Below are positions 24,801 through 37,673 of a stretch of 46,379 nt of DNA, in pieces. The position numbers and the translations under genes were made by a program. A model generated the notes under the pieces. The model did not search any database. It was not told where the DNA came from and worked only from the letters and a program-made list of their open reading frames with translations. The stretch's first letter is position 1; every line of letters begins with the position of its first letter. Source of the DNA: Catajapyx aquilonaris. Taxonomy: Eukaryota. The stretch covers positions 1-46,379 of the forward strand of contig JYFJ02003108.1 of assembly GCA_000934665.2 (NCBI GenBank), read 5' to 3'.

Positions 24801-27800
24801 AGCCTATAAATGAAGCCTATATGCACACACGAATATTTTACGAGTATTGGCGTTTACCATTTTAATGTTAATTTTTGGCTGGGCTGTCCTGCCTGTTTGA
24901 GAAATACCCTTGCAATAGCAACAACAATATTATCGGCCACCCGTTGCCGGAAAATATGGCCGGGTTCACTCCGGCCCACGCTTACACGTTCCATCATGCA
25001 TCTTAATCCCTTGATATTGCCCCAGTAACCCTAAATGTACACCAGCTGACGTCTTTCCCAAAGACTCAAGCAACAACAGGACAGACAGCGGATTAAAACT
25101 AAGACAAGACCGACAGACGGAAATTGAAACCAGCTTTCGGAAAAGTGGACAAGGTGGTGTCGGATCTCCGTCGATAAAAGTTGGGGGAAGGAGGGAGAAA
25201 GCTTGGTATTGGAGTGAGAGAGAAAGAGAGAAGGAGAAAGGGAGAGAGTCTTTTCCCCTAGTGCCATAACACCAAACCGGATCCGGACAGCTCAATTGAT
25301 TCGGGACTCGCGTCACGTGTGCAAAGTGTTAAAATTGTTTGCAATCACTGGGGACAAACCATATCGATCGAATGGAGGCAGTTTTTTGATATCCGAACCT
25401 CTAGTTCGTCGCCTTTGCCCTCTATCACAAAATGATCGAACCTTTTCTGTGAATCCGACTGAAACAGAATCAATAAATGGCACCCACTTTCTTCACATTC
25501 TCATTACTTTAATTAGGCTACAAAGTGCACGTCTCGGATCCTCTTTTACGAGTAGGAAAGTACATGTTAGTACCTCGGCATTGAACGGGTCATGGATTTT
25601 AGGAGGCTTGAAACCAAGACAATGAAGCTTCTAAGAGTCGAGAGAAAGGGATGCTATGGTCTTCATTTTATGGCGTCAGTTTATCCCCAGGGCTAAGGAA
25701 GAGTGGGCTTAATTGTGCACCTTCTTTCATTTCCTTTATACCTTCACTCCCTCCTACGAACATCGTCTAAGCTTATAGTAAGGAGCCTTTTCTACGGCCT
25801 AAAACAATGTCCCTCGCGAGTATTTAGTATAGCACACGAAGGACGTCACCGGGTGCAAAATCAGGTCCCGTATACCTTATCCAACACTGTGGCTTCTCCC
25901 GTTCCAAATTGTGGCCACAGCTAGAGATAGGCTAAATTTTGAATCCAGATAGGCGTGCCGGGGATATCTAGGCAGCACCTCAGACACCTGCACATCTAGT
26001 CGATTCTCAATCAATCCGGTTGGGCCGGATACAATGGCACATTTTTTTTTGGTTGGGAGCATTCTATAAATGCAAAAGCAGCCACTCTGTCTAAAGGAAA
26101 CAAGCGTGGCTCCGTCCTCGTTCGCTCGGCTTGCTCAGAAGGGGCTCAATTTTCCAAAACAGCCCCCTTGGGCTTGAGTATGGAAAAGTCCTGTATACTG
26201 TGCCAGCTGGAATACAGATCGCGCTTCAGTTTTCTTCCCTGCCTGGGTAATAGTCTTGCGCCGCAGCCTTAGCGCTATCCCAGGATCCAAGTGAAACGGT
26301 GAAAGAGACAGTGAAAAATCGGGATCCGACTCGACTTGGTCAGAACCACTTCCACCCCCACCAACTTCCAAATTATTCCATATCTTTAGCACTGGATTGC
26401 CCTCCACCGTCCATTACTTTCCGCCCCCACTACCTTTTCTGAGTGATGTATGCCCGGAGAACTCACTTGTGGAACTACCCATTAAAAGCCCCCAAAATCC
26501 GGTATTTCTGGACGACGATTTATGGGGAAACTTGCCCGAGAAAAAAAATACAGCTCCCAGCCCACTTCTGCCCGTGTGAGAATGAGTGTTTTTGATAATT
26601 TTTCGTATGTCCTTGCGAGCTGAATAAAAGACAAAGGGCCTTTCATCAAATGTTTGCAAATTCGGAAACAATTGCGGGCTTTAATGCATTGCAGAGTCAA
26701 TAAAGCTTGCTCTTTTGTGAGTAATTTCACTTATTGTGTTTGTTTCAAAAAAGTTTGCTGGCCTGCCGTCTCTGAATGTGCAGCGTATTTAATTTAATTA
26801 GGAACTATTTTAAAAATCCATTCATTAGCAGGCTACAATGCTGGGCTGCCTGTCCAGCCGGGCTTGAAACGTCGAAATCGACCGCCGCTGGCTCATTTGC
26901 CACTTTCCTGAACGTACACCACCCGAATCTACTCCAACAGCAGTGACAACATACCAAGATGACCAGGAGCTCCGGCGCATGACAAAATATTGACTTTAAA
27001 CTAGGAGAAATACGAGCTGGAGAGAAATTTCTACCAGAGCTGCTAAGCCACCGCCCATATAGTTCAGCCAGATTGCATCTAATTGCTATGTATACTTTAT
27101 GAAACCTGGAGGCCTGCAGGAGAATAGGGTCAGAACGTCAAGTACTGTTCATTAGCCACTTTTTAGCCACTTTGTCACGTATGTCATTTGCTGGTAGAAT
27201 AAAACAGTTTTGCACGTCTGTATAATGGCTAGCAATAGGATTGCATTACCTTCAAATAAAGCGATACAAATGAAATTACTCGAACCGTTAACCCCTGTAA
27301 TTCTTATTTGAATATTCGGAGGTGATAATATAGTATGCCTAACAACTGTATTTCACTAAAACATTTTTTCAAGAATCACAAATGAAATGTGGTCCAATGT
27401 GTACTGTACAGAATGTGCCCAAATGTTCGATGGGTCATTTGGCTAGACTTTTTTTCATATTAATCAGTTACATCAAAGTTTTCAGGACTAACCTGGCCGG
27501 GATTTCCGCCCTTCCTCCTCTGGATTCCATGTCACTCGTACATGTAACAAATGCAATGGCTTCACTTGACACGCACAGAGCACCACGAGCACTAAACCGC
27601 GACTATTCTACTCTGACCGAAACTGGCAAGTTGTACCACACATCGATCTGATCTAGGTCTCCAGTCCCATTCGACTGATTTTACTTGTAAGGCACATATG
27701 ACTGCAGCGGTTGAAAAGTAATCTTCGGTTTTGGATTGTTCCTGCCCCCTTGAACGATTCTTGTTGATTGTTCCTGTCCGGTACCTCGGCACAATCGATT

Positions 27801-29132
27801 TCACTTCCCTTTGGCTCTTCGTATATGAGCTGGGCTCTTACTGGACGTTGACACTCACCAGCTTTTGGTCTTCATTGCCGTGGTTGTCAAGTTCCACTTC
27901 TCACCTTTATACGCTACTTGTTCCAATGTTGATTGTTGGCATTGAGAATTTGTCGAGAGGTTCACACTCAAGGTCCTTCAACTATCCCTCATCTAGAACT
28001 CTACGTTCAATTTTTGGCTAGCCCTTTAAAAGAAAATTCAGCAGGAAAACAAGGTAACCATTACTGAATGCTCAAATCTGTCCGGTATTGCACAAAAGCT
28101 CCCAGCCTAATGCACTTTCCGGCATCTGAGCTAACGAGTGCCATCCCAGACGTCCTCTCTCGACTTATGTTAGTAGCTCTCTCTCCGAAACTCAGTTAAT
28201 TGGGTAAGATGGAACTTGCAAAAACATGGAAGAATGGACCTCATCAACAAAGCTGCAGCACTAACTATATAAGTTTAAATAATTGAATGCTTCCACATCG
28301 CATCGGCGACATCTGTGACATACATATGGTAATGAAGCAGATCATGAATATACTTTTTGTATTCAAATATGCAATATTAATATACTAGCGAAGTATAAAA
28401 TGTTAATCAACTTTGCAGTTTGTTACCGACTTTTGGAAATGTGACGCATTTTTTTCACAATTTTATAATGGACGCTTACGAAGCGCGGGATAATTTAGTC
28501 GGTTATACCCAAACTGTGCGGTTTTAGCATTTTAAAATATTTTCCACAGCTGTACTAAGGCCAGGTTATATGAATGTGAAATTAGGGGCAAAATTAACAT
28601 TGTATGTATATAGGTATCCACAAAACATAATAAGATATTTTATCTTAAATTGAGTCGACATATCGGGCCCTGAAAATATTAAGAGAAAAATCCATTCGAT
28701 CGTATAGCCATAGCCTATATCGATAAGCTTCTCATTTTCGCAACTTATCAATGTGTCTGAAAATATAGCGCGACACATGTCAGAATGTGGCCTTTATCGA
28801 CTGTAGAAACTGAGCACCTATACCTTATTCTGAATGTAGGGTCAACTGGTATTTTCGAGATAAACGCGTAAACTGCGGGTATATGTGGACGGTGAGGATT
28901 ATACTTATCAAGGTCGCTTGTATAAACAAAATTACATATGGAAAACCAGATGATTTATAAATCACATATTAACTTTCATTGAAGGAGTGGGTAACAAAAA
29001 AAATACCGGTATATTATAAATCGTAATAATCGTTCAATATTCTGGATATAGAAAATGAGCTTCATCGAAGGGTGTCCATGATTTGATCAATAGAAATGCA
29101 TAATAATAGCGGTTTTAATTATTTATGACAGG

Positions 29133-29201
29133 CCCCCCAATGGCAATCATGCCCAACGGGTTAAAGAAAATAAACAAACAAACAAATAAATAAATAAATA
29201 A
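29133..29201 (+). mobile_element. 69-bp retroposon 3' stub with (CAAA/TAAA)n tail
   Basis: Perfect 12-bp TSD ATTTATGACAGG at 29121-29132 and 29202-29213; insert is CCCCCCAATGGCAATCATGCCCAACGGGTTAAAG plus an A-rich tail. Confidence 0.82.
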
Positions 29202-29626
29202 ATTTATGACAGGAGTTGTTTTCCGTTTAAAGAACTCCGTATGAGGCGCCTGCACGAGTTCCATTGCGTTGAAGCAGTCGCCTCTCGCGGCAGAATAGGT
29301 AACCCTTTTTTCGTTCACAGTTTGTGACCCAAATTAAAGTACCTGCACGCCTAGGGTGATTTGGGCATGGATTCTTAATATCAACATATGTGACCTACAA
29401 TACCAAACAATAACATGTTATTGCCTCTCAGCACAACACCTGCCTGTACTGTTCTCCGAAAAGGCGTGCAGATGGAAAATAAGAAATACCCTGGTGCGGT
29501 GGACCAAGTCAAATGTGTTCAAAACAAGAAAAGAATCATTGGTGCAAAACTGGATTAGAATAAAACATTATCATAGGTTTGTCAGTGTTTGCCACAAATA
29601 ATCCGCGATTACAATGTGTAGGTACC

Positions 29627-29857
29627 GAGTTAGAACTTCATAACACTAACGAAAAGTGGCAATGTGGAGTTGCACCTCTTAAGTCACTACTTGGAGTTAG
29701 AACTACTCGTATGTAGGCCTAGTAATCGCTAGTAATAAACCGGCGAAATGCATCCTGACCAGTTTTTTGGATAGGCCGATGGAGTTAGAAGTAGGTGCAC
29801 CTCTTACGTCACTTTTTCTCAAAATAGGAGTTAGAACTATGTAGTAATAAACCGGCG
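29627..29857. repeat. Degenerate tandem duplication, probably a MITE end with subterminal repeats
   Basis: GAGTTAGAA occurs 4 times, TGCACCTCTTA-GTCACT twice and TAGTAATAAACCGGCG twice. Confidence 0.55.
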
Positions 29858-30101
29858 TCATATAACTTATAACACTTATAGCCTATACACTATTTTTATA
29901 AACACAGTGCAGTGTCAAAAAGCGTTATATATTACTTCGAGAAAATGTGTTTTTGACAGGAAGCAATTCCAGAAGGTAGAGATAATTTTTATGCTGTGCC
30001 TATTTGAACTTTTCCAGTGTCTAAATTCAACCAGGAAAGGAGCCTGAAGTTGGATAGGTGGGAAGTGAAAGAAAAGTCAAATAAGTTATACGGTATATGA
30101 C

Positions 30102-30212
30102 CAGGGATGGAAAAAGTACCGCTTCCTTCCAAGAAGCGCTTCTTTTTTCCATGTGCAGGGATAGAAAAAGAACCGCTTACCGCCCAAAGAAGCGGTTCTT
30201 TTTCCATCCCTG
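30102..30212. mobile_element. 111-bp hAT-type MITE made of two hairpin units
   Basis: TIRs CAGGGATGGAAAAAG(T/A)ACCGCTT at both ends; perfect 8-bp TSD TATATGAC at 30094-30101 and 30213-30220. Confidence 0.9.
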
Positions 30213-32839
30213 TATATGACCTTTTCGTAGTTATATGTTTTTCTCAATATACAAGCATTATATCATTGAAGTGTTAAAATTCTTTGGCCATCAACCCCAT
30301 CAAACTCTCAACTTCAAAAGAAGGCACCGGAAATTAATATTTTCAACCATGTCCCGGGTTTTGCACACTATTTTGAGAACATTCCTTGCCAAATTTTACT
30401 AAAACATGTTCTAGATGAAAATAGATAATTTGACATAATTATGGAGGAAACAATGCCGGTTAAATTCAGCTCATGGATGGATATTATTATAACACTGTCA
30501 ATCTGAGTGATATTATAAAAGGAAAATTAGAACCATTTTTTTCTTGAGGCCGAATGTATACCAACGCAAATTTTTAAAAAATCTGTGAAAATGTATATTG
30601 CGAATGCCTATACTGTATAATTATAATGTATTTTCTCCTTAATTTGAATTGATACAACATAGGGGTCGGTTTTTATAATAACCGATGTTTCAAACAATTG
30701 TGCACAAAAAACACGCCCAAGTTCAGCTGTATAATAATATATTTTACCTTAGTGGTATGTAATAATATAACTTCAAAAATTATGAAACTGATTAACAGCC
30801 TATAATGTCTTAATGTATACTAAAGCAGCAATAATTATGTACCACTTTTAAAATAAGGCCACTTTTAAAATACATTATAATATGGTATTACTCTATGTAC
30901 AGTACTTTTACTGCAATTTTAGTAAACCATTGTAGATTGATTTGAGAAAGCGGTTTATCTCAGTCCGTCTTTCACGGTAGCTTAACTCTGCAGCAGCCGC
31001 ACCCCGCACAGCGTAATTCTCCATGACATCCGTAAATGACAGGCTTTCATACTGTAGATACATCTGTACAGTTCATTTTTAATTCGCTTTGTACTGGAAT
31101 CCTGGAATCCCCTCATTTCTCTTTGAAGTAGGCAAAACATGCATTCAGTACATTTCTTGGTTGAACATATGCTGTCATATATGACTTTCCACATTGACAG
31201 ATCCCTTTAAAATCACGTTTTCCTCGGCCAATCCGTCAGTATGATTGCATCCTTCACATTCGCTTTACAGCCGATTATTTTTTAAATCTAGATTCCCAGG
31301 AAATGTGAAAAACTGAAAATTAATTACACGCAGTGCGGCTTTCACGCGTAATGAATGCAAACTAGTTTACAGAGGGTCTGATCTGTACAAATAAGTACCT
31401 TCAAATGGAGCAAAAACCAGCAGGAGGAAGCGACAGCACCGGAATTACCATCGATTTCTTCTTCAATTAAGAATTCCAGGGTTTGTCAAAACGGAATCGA
31501 AAAATTCCCGGCTTGTTTGGTGTGGAAATTGGGCCCTTTTCAAGACACCTGCAAAAACTAGTTTGACATGAAGAAGAGGATCATATCCCTTCTCACTATA
31601 CAGGAAGAGAGAGAGAGGAGAGATTTTTTTTGTATGTGTGTGAAAAAGGAAAGGCGGAGAAAAAGTTCCTTCCTAAGGTAGGTGATGAGGTAGGTTTATT
31701 CTCGCAACTTCCTTCCAGGACGTAAACAGGCTTTGATAATTCCCAGTCGAGTTCTTCGGAGATTTCCGTGTTTTCGCGACGGTTGCAGAGGAAGCATAAA
31801 TAAAGTCTGCCTGACATCCTTCCGGAGTGAGCTAGGACCGGAATAATTTCCAGCCTTATTCGCCTCATTCCCCAATGACGCTTTTTCACCTCCTACTTTT
31901 AACTTGCGACAAAAAATTTGCCGTCAGAAATTAAAACAAAGCATTACGACAGCAGTGCTTACAACTAAATGGAAAACACAATCATTAAAAACTCTGCTGG
32001 CGATATACGACAAAAAAGCTTCTTGGCTTTGCAGGAGTAATGTTAAATATTATGTATTCAAAGAAAATAAATATTTGGTATCACTCAACTGAAGGAATTT
32101 TACACAATATGATTAGTTCAGGAGGAAGGGTGAGTGGCATGACTTCCGGGTTCATTGACTCACCGAAATCCCCCCACAACTCACAGAAGTATAGGCCAGA
32201 GGTTTTGACATGATAGAGCGGATGTTTATTAATTAACAAACCGATGCACCGCGATTTTTAAAAAGCATCAACGTTGTGTTAATCGAAACATTCCACAATC
32301 CAATTGTGCTATGCAGTCACTGTTTTATTTTTATACTGCAAATAAAATGGACGAAGTGCAATGGCTCTTCTATAAATACCATCAATAATTTGAATAATTC
32401 TGTTTTCGCCTCTTTAACTCCCTTCTGTTATAATCATTGCCTAAATTGCTTAAGTGACACATTCTAGAAAGATTGGTACGTTATTGAATTTTGCTTCAAT
32501 TTAAAATCGCCTCCATCTTTTTGAGCGATACCTTACAATATTCTTCAATCGCCTTTTCAAGCAAAATCTGCTCGTCTTTACATGTGCACACTGCGTAGTC
32601 AGCTTCAAGCATGCACTTCAATGCGATGCAACTATTCAGATGGATAAAGATGGCTATTAATTGGTATTTAGCTTCTACTACTTGCCGTACGAGTAATCAT
32701 ATTAATGTTCAGAAAAGGAAGATTTTTGGTGAAAGTAAAAGGTAAATGAGTGCAGACACCGATGCGAAGCAATATTACAGGGATTGTAACGATCTAATTC
32801 CCCGGCAGTTGAAAACGGCTCACCAAAAAAATTCGTGAA

Positions 32840-33050
32840 GGGCAATTCCACGAAAGGCGGCCATATTGTCCGTACGTAACGCAGGTTTTGCAGACATGTA
32901 CTAGCGTATTTTATTGTAACAATACCCACACATTACATGAAATGGATTAAGCATTCAGTGCATGCATCCTGGCATTGTTATAATAAAATACTCTTGTGCA
33001 CGTAGGCAACACTTGCGTTACGTACGGACGGCTGCGCCATGGAATTGCCC
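32840..33050. mobile_element. 211-bp palindromic MITE
   Basis: Termini GGGCAATTCCA / TGGAATTGCCC; internal ~65-bp imperfect inverted arms starting GTCCGTACGTAACGCA; TGAA on both flanks (32836-32839, 33051-33054) as a putative 4-bp TSD. Confidence 0.85.
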
Positions 33051-33927
33051 TGAAACAGAATTTATGACACAATTAAATATCAGATCAATTTTTGCGTTCA
33101 TGCCGTATGTGTGTAAAACCTATGTCTGGCATAATCTCCCCATTTACCGACGAGCAGAAGCATCATAAGTCATTGTCTGAAATCGATTGTACTGTACATA
33201 CAGTGTAGTGTCGGCAGGGACCATCTCATGTTCATACAGGTAACCTGTGAAAGTGTGCACCACACATAAATATGTTACAAATAATTAATTTTTTAACACA
33301 ATATTTAAAATCCAAGACAAGCACATTTTTAGTATTGTTGTCTCACTTCACGTCATTCTTTAACAAGGCTCCTTTAAGGGACATGAAAGGTCTGTCCGAA
33401 ACATTTGAAAGAAACCTATCCAGCAACGTTCCTGAAAGTAACATCAATCGCTGAAAAACTGATGCCAGTTATTGTGCAAAAACAGGGTCAAAATTCGAGC
33501 GATTCCGCATTTAACGACTCCACATCCCCCTTAATCACTTCAAGTTTCTAAAATGCCTTCTGGATGGGACATACACTTTTCCTACTGTTGGTCAAGAACT
33601 CAGTGATTTCAAGTTCCCGGAATGAACACATACACGACAGGTCTGCTTTGGAACTGTCCTTCTCATAGTACTCCAAAATACAGTATGCTATTTCATTTTA
33701 TTTAGACATACTTTCAGGGTGAACTCATGGGAATTAGAGGATCACTTATGTAAATGTGTTGCGGAAGGGTTATACAATAAAATATTTATCTGCACTTTTG
33801 ACACAAAAGCGTGTCCCAACAGTGCATGAAATCAGCTCCTTCCTTTTAGACACGGTTTTGCAGGTCATTTTTGAACAAGTCATCAGCACCATCGATTACA
33901 CTATAATTATCTAATATACTGTATATT

Positions 33928-34268
33928 GGGGGAGGTGTGGTGGCCGTGATGGTAACGTCTCGGCTTGCTGAGTGAAAGGCCCCAGGTTCGATCCCCGCCT
34001 GGGGAACTTCCTTTCACCTGCGTCGGGAGGGTCTCTGACCTGCACCAAGGAGGTGTCTGGCAACCTAACCTCCTGGGGGACTGCACATGACCCCTTTAAA
34101 TTCCTTGCACTTGCACTTGTGTCCCCTCCCCAAAAATCCCGATCCTTACCCAATTTCTCTGATTCCCATGCACCGGAGTGAAGAAAAATAAGAAAATAAA
34201 AATAAATAAAGGTTAAATGCGATATACCCCAAATGGGGTGAAAGCAGTACCCACATTATATATATTAT
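33928..34268 (+). mobile_element. tRNA-derived SINE, family B
   Basis: Box A-like TGGCCGTGATGG and box B GGTTCGATCC; internal A-rich tract ~34180-34210; TA-rich tail; perfect 14-bp TSD ATATACTGTATATT at 33914-33927 and 34269-34282. Confidence 0.88.
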
Positions 34269-35670
34269 ATATACTGTATATTTTTTGAAATAGTTTTCTT
34301 GACATCTACAGGATATATAAATATATAATAATATATAAAGTCCTATTCCATAGGTAGAAGGTGCACTAAGATGCTTAAAATGTGGTTTAAGAGAGTCTGT
34401 AAAGCCTTGTAAACAGTTAGAAACACACTCAACTATGGTGTACATCTTGCTAACCATTTATGGTTGTACCTGTGTATCATTGCAGGTGATCTGTCTGCAT
34501 AGCAGTATTGTAAAACGGTTAACAAGATGCTTACAGTAGTTGACAGTGTTTATAAGACTTCGCAAACTTTATTTAACAAAGAACTTAGTGCACCCACACA
34601 ATGCTCAACCCCCCGAATGCTCGACCTCACTACTGAAATAAGCAGGCAGGCACCGGTGCGGTGTTTACCTGTCCCTATCGCCCTCCGCCGCCCTCGGGGC
34701 CAGCCCGGCAGTGTTGAGATGCTCCTGCGGTGAATAATTAGCAGAAAATCACACAACAAAATGCTAAATACGGGTCGAAGGATGAGGCGGCCATGTTGAA
34801 TCCGTCCGTAAAACTACTTTCACAGACCAAACCGGAGTAAAACTCAAGCTCCGTAAAACTGGCATTTGCGGAGCGATCTTAGAAAGTACGGAGACTGGAA
34901 CTCTGCGATTTTCTGTTTTACGGAGGCTCCCCCCGTAAATTTGTCGCGCTTTTAGAGGGGGTAAACAGCTGTACCGAGGCTGGTGCACCCCGGCCTTAGC
35001 AGTTTTTGATCTCAGACTTCTCAATTGGAACACGCTACATACATATTTGAAAATAAGCCAAAAATGCTACTGATTACCTTCATTACTTTGACAACATGAA
35101 TCTCGGTCACTGCTGATATTCGATCGGATTTTTGAGTGTTCTTCACCTGGCTTGTATGGGCAGTACTGTGCATGTGCACCTCAATTTCCTACTGTGGAGC
35201 ATTTTGAGTTCCTCTTTGGTCCTTTATTGCTCTTGAAATTTCATTTCAGAGATTTCTGACATACGGTATAATAAAACAACATTAATATTATTTTGTAATG
35301 TCTGATGGATGTACGGAGAATAACAAACATGAGAAGTAACTGGTTATATCCTTATTAGTATCAAAAGGTTCGCTTTGATTTCAAAGATCATTTCAATGAT
35401 GGGACTGACCAACCAACGAGGTGAAATAAGTGTTTAACTCATGTGCGAGTAGCAATTCAGGTTCCATTTTAAAAACTCATGTTAAAGATGCTTTGAGAAC
35501 AGTAAGACAATGAAAATCTGAGAATAATTGGCTTATAGACCATCCAAATTTAATTGCAACACACTGTTCTTCGAGTAGCGATCACAAAGATATACGGTAT
35601 ACATATCCTGACAACATTGCGCCAGTGTTTGACCTTTCACGCTGCAACCGCGTAAGGTTGATGTGCGCGT

Positions 35671-35935
35671 TTGCGTAGTTAATGCGTACGGCGCCTTTCA
35701 AGTTTCGTGACGTCACATCAGCTCCACCAGTTTCAAATAAACAAAAGTCAGCTCGAGGGCCTCCGAATAATAATCCGGCCTTGGGTTCGTAACGGTTCGT
35801 CCATGTGCAATACGTGATCAAATCCTGTCAGAGTAAGAACCTGGGTCGACACCCGTGCACTTTGTCGTTGTGTACCTCATATTCCACATTCTAACACTCT
35901 ACACTTTAAAGGCGCCGTACGCATTAACTACGCAA
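35671..35935. repeat. Perfect 28-bp inverted repeat with 209-bp spacer (probably DNA-transposon ends)
   Basis: TTGCGTAGTTAATGCGTACGGCGCCTTT (35671-35698) is the exact reverse complement of 35908-35935. Confidence 0.85.
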
Positions 35936-36685
35936 CTATGCCAAAAACTATTAATATATTGCACATCCCGATATTAGTTTTACAAGATTAGCATTCTCAG
36001 TCTACCTGGCGATTGTCCGTGAGAATTCCTTCACCCTGTATATAGTTCTTGTGTGCTTCGTAATGTTAACGGAAATATTTTAATATGAGCATAGGTAATG
36101 TATAAAGGCATTGTTGTGCTGGATCAAAAGTTCGATTCAAATCTACTGTACAGTACCATTAGACATAAAGCAGGTACTTTTGTCCTTTATTACCCACATG
36201 CCTTTATGGTCCAATGAGTCGAAATTTGAACGGTTCGTTCACTGTGCCGTGGCAGTTTTTGTTAGAAAAATGATTAAAGGCCCAATGCGAGAGTGTTTTC
36301 CGACAGAACGAAGTTTTTTGTACGCTACGCCCACGTCGAAATATGATTACGTCATTCATACCGGCGGAGGCACATCAAAACACAACCTAGCCTACGTCAA
36401 ATATACTCATTGATCTCTTGTTCTCGAATTCATGCGCTTGGGTCTATGGCGAGCATCATTCTGTGAGGTCGTATGCATTCATATGGCATTATCCAAAGCT
36501 ATTGTTCAGTCAGTGACGTAAAAAAAACTAAGTTGTACAGGGTATTCATAATATTATTCAAACTCCTAGACACCTGAGGATCACTTTATGTATATGTGTT
36601 ATTTGGCCTCCGCAGTTTCGTTACCTTGTTAAATAATTTAGTAACAATTATAAATCAATCACAGAGTGAATTATACCATCTACAC

Positions 36686-37673
36686 CAGTGGTTCCCCAAC
36701 TTATTTTGTCGCATACCCCTTTGGGAAATATTATCAGTTAATGTGATGGGTGTGATTTCTTTCTTTCACACTTATGGTTAATATTGGGGAGAAATAGTGG
36801 CGTCAATTTAAGCCTGAGGTCTTTCTCAGCACAGAGTCGATGACGGTACTTTGTTTTAATGGACGTTAATGAAAAACAGCTTCACATAAATAGATAGTTA
36901 GTAAATGGTATTAAGTACTTCAGAGCACTGCACTAGTTTCCAGGCCCGGATAGTGTCTTCCATTTATTCAGCCCAAAAGTTCAGAAGGGTATTTTCAAAT
37001 TCCAAACTTCCAGTCGTAAAAATGATGACCCTTCCTGATTCTGCACTGATATGTTCGGGAGGGGTAAAGAAATCTGAAACTCCTGATGCAACTGATTGGC
37101 ATGTCCATTCCGAAAAAAATAATTTCTAAACTATTGTGATAATTAATTCATGTACTGATGTCCACTACCACTTTGAAATTCTTGGAGTGTTGCAAAACAA
37201 GAAGTTGCTACCTTGTATACAACATTTTTCCCAAAATTGGAATTTTTTGATCCATCCTTCTGTTTTGCTTTGCATATTAAATATATTGGCGGGGATGTCT
37301 TGAAGTGCCCAGTTTTATTCATTGGGACTCGAAAATTTTTAGGCCAGGGAGATCAGCCTCTGCAGCCAGAGTTTATTTTAAAATCCTTCACAACGTTTCG
37401 AAGCGCAATGATAGAACCAGCTGTTCGAGTTAACACTGCCATGTTGTTTCTTGAGTTTCAACGCGTGTGCTGACTGAAAATGGCAGCAGTCAGAAAATGG
37501 CTCTGCATATAATGAGTAGGACTATTTTTTGTGTATTTTTCTCATAATTAAGTTGGTTCATTCTTGTTGAAAGAATGGTTCCCACAAATGTCGAGACTGG
37601 ACGCCATTGCACGATATCTTTCGCGTACCACCAAAATTGTGTTCGCGCGTACACCCCAGTTTGAAAACCACTG
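36686..37673 (-). mobile_element. Non-autonomous hAT element (Buster/Charlie type) with decayed transposase C-terminus
   Basis: TIRs CAGTGGTTCCCCAACT / CAGTGGTTTTCAAACT (rc); perfect 8-bp TSD ATCTACAC at 36678-36685 and 37674-37681; minus strand ~36800-36926 gives, across frameshifts, ALKYLIPF / TIYLCEAVF / SLTSIKTKYRHRLCAEKDLRLKLTP, matching the hAT dimerisation region. Confidence 0.92.

Noticed and set aside
27480..28020. Coding-looking stretch with Cys residues on the minus strand (also ~31600-31900 and ~38530-38900)
   Set aside because: Multiple stops and no motif I could assign; probably old TE debris.
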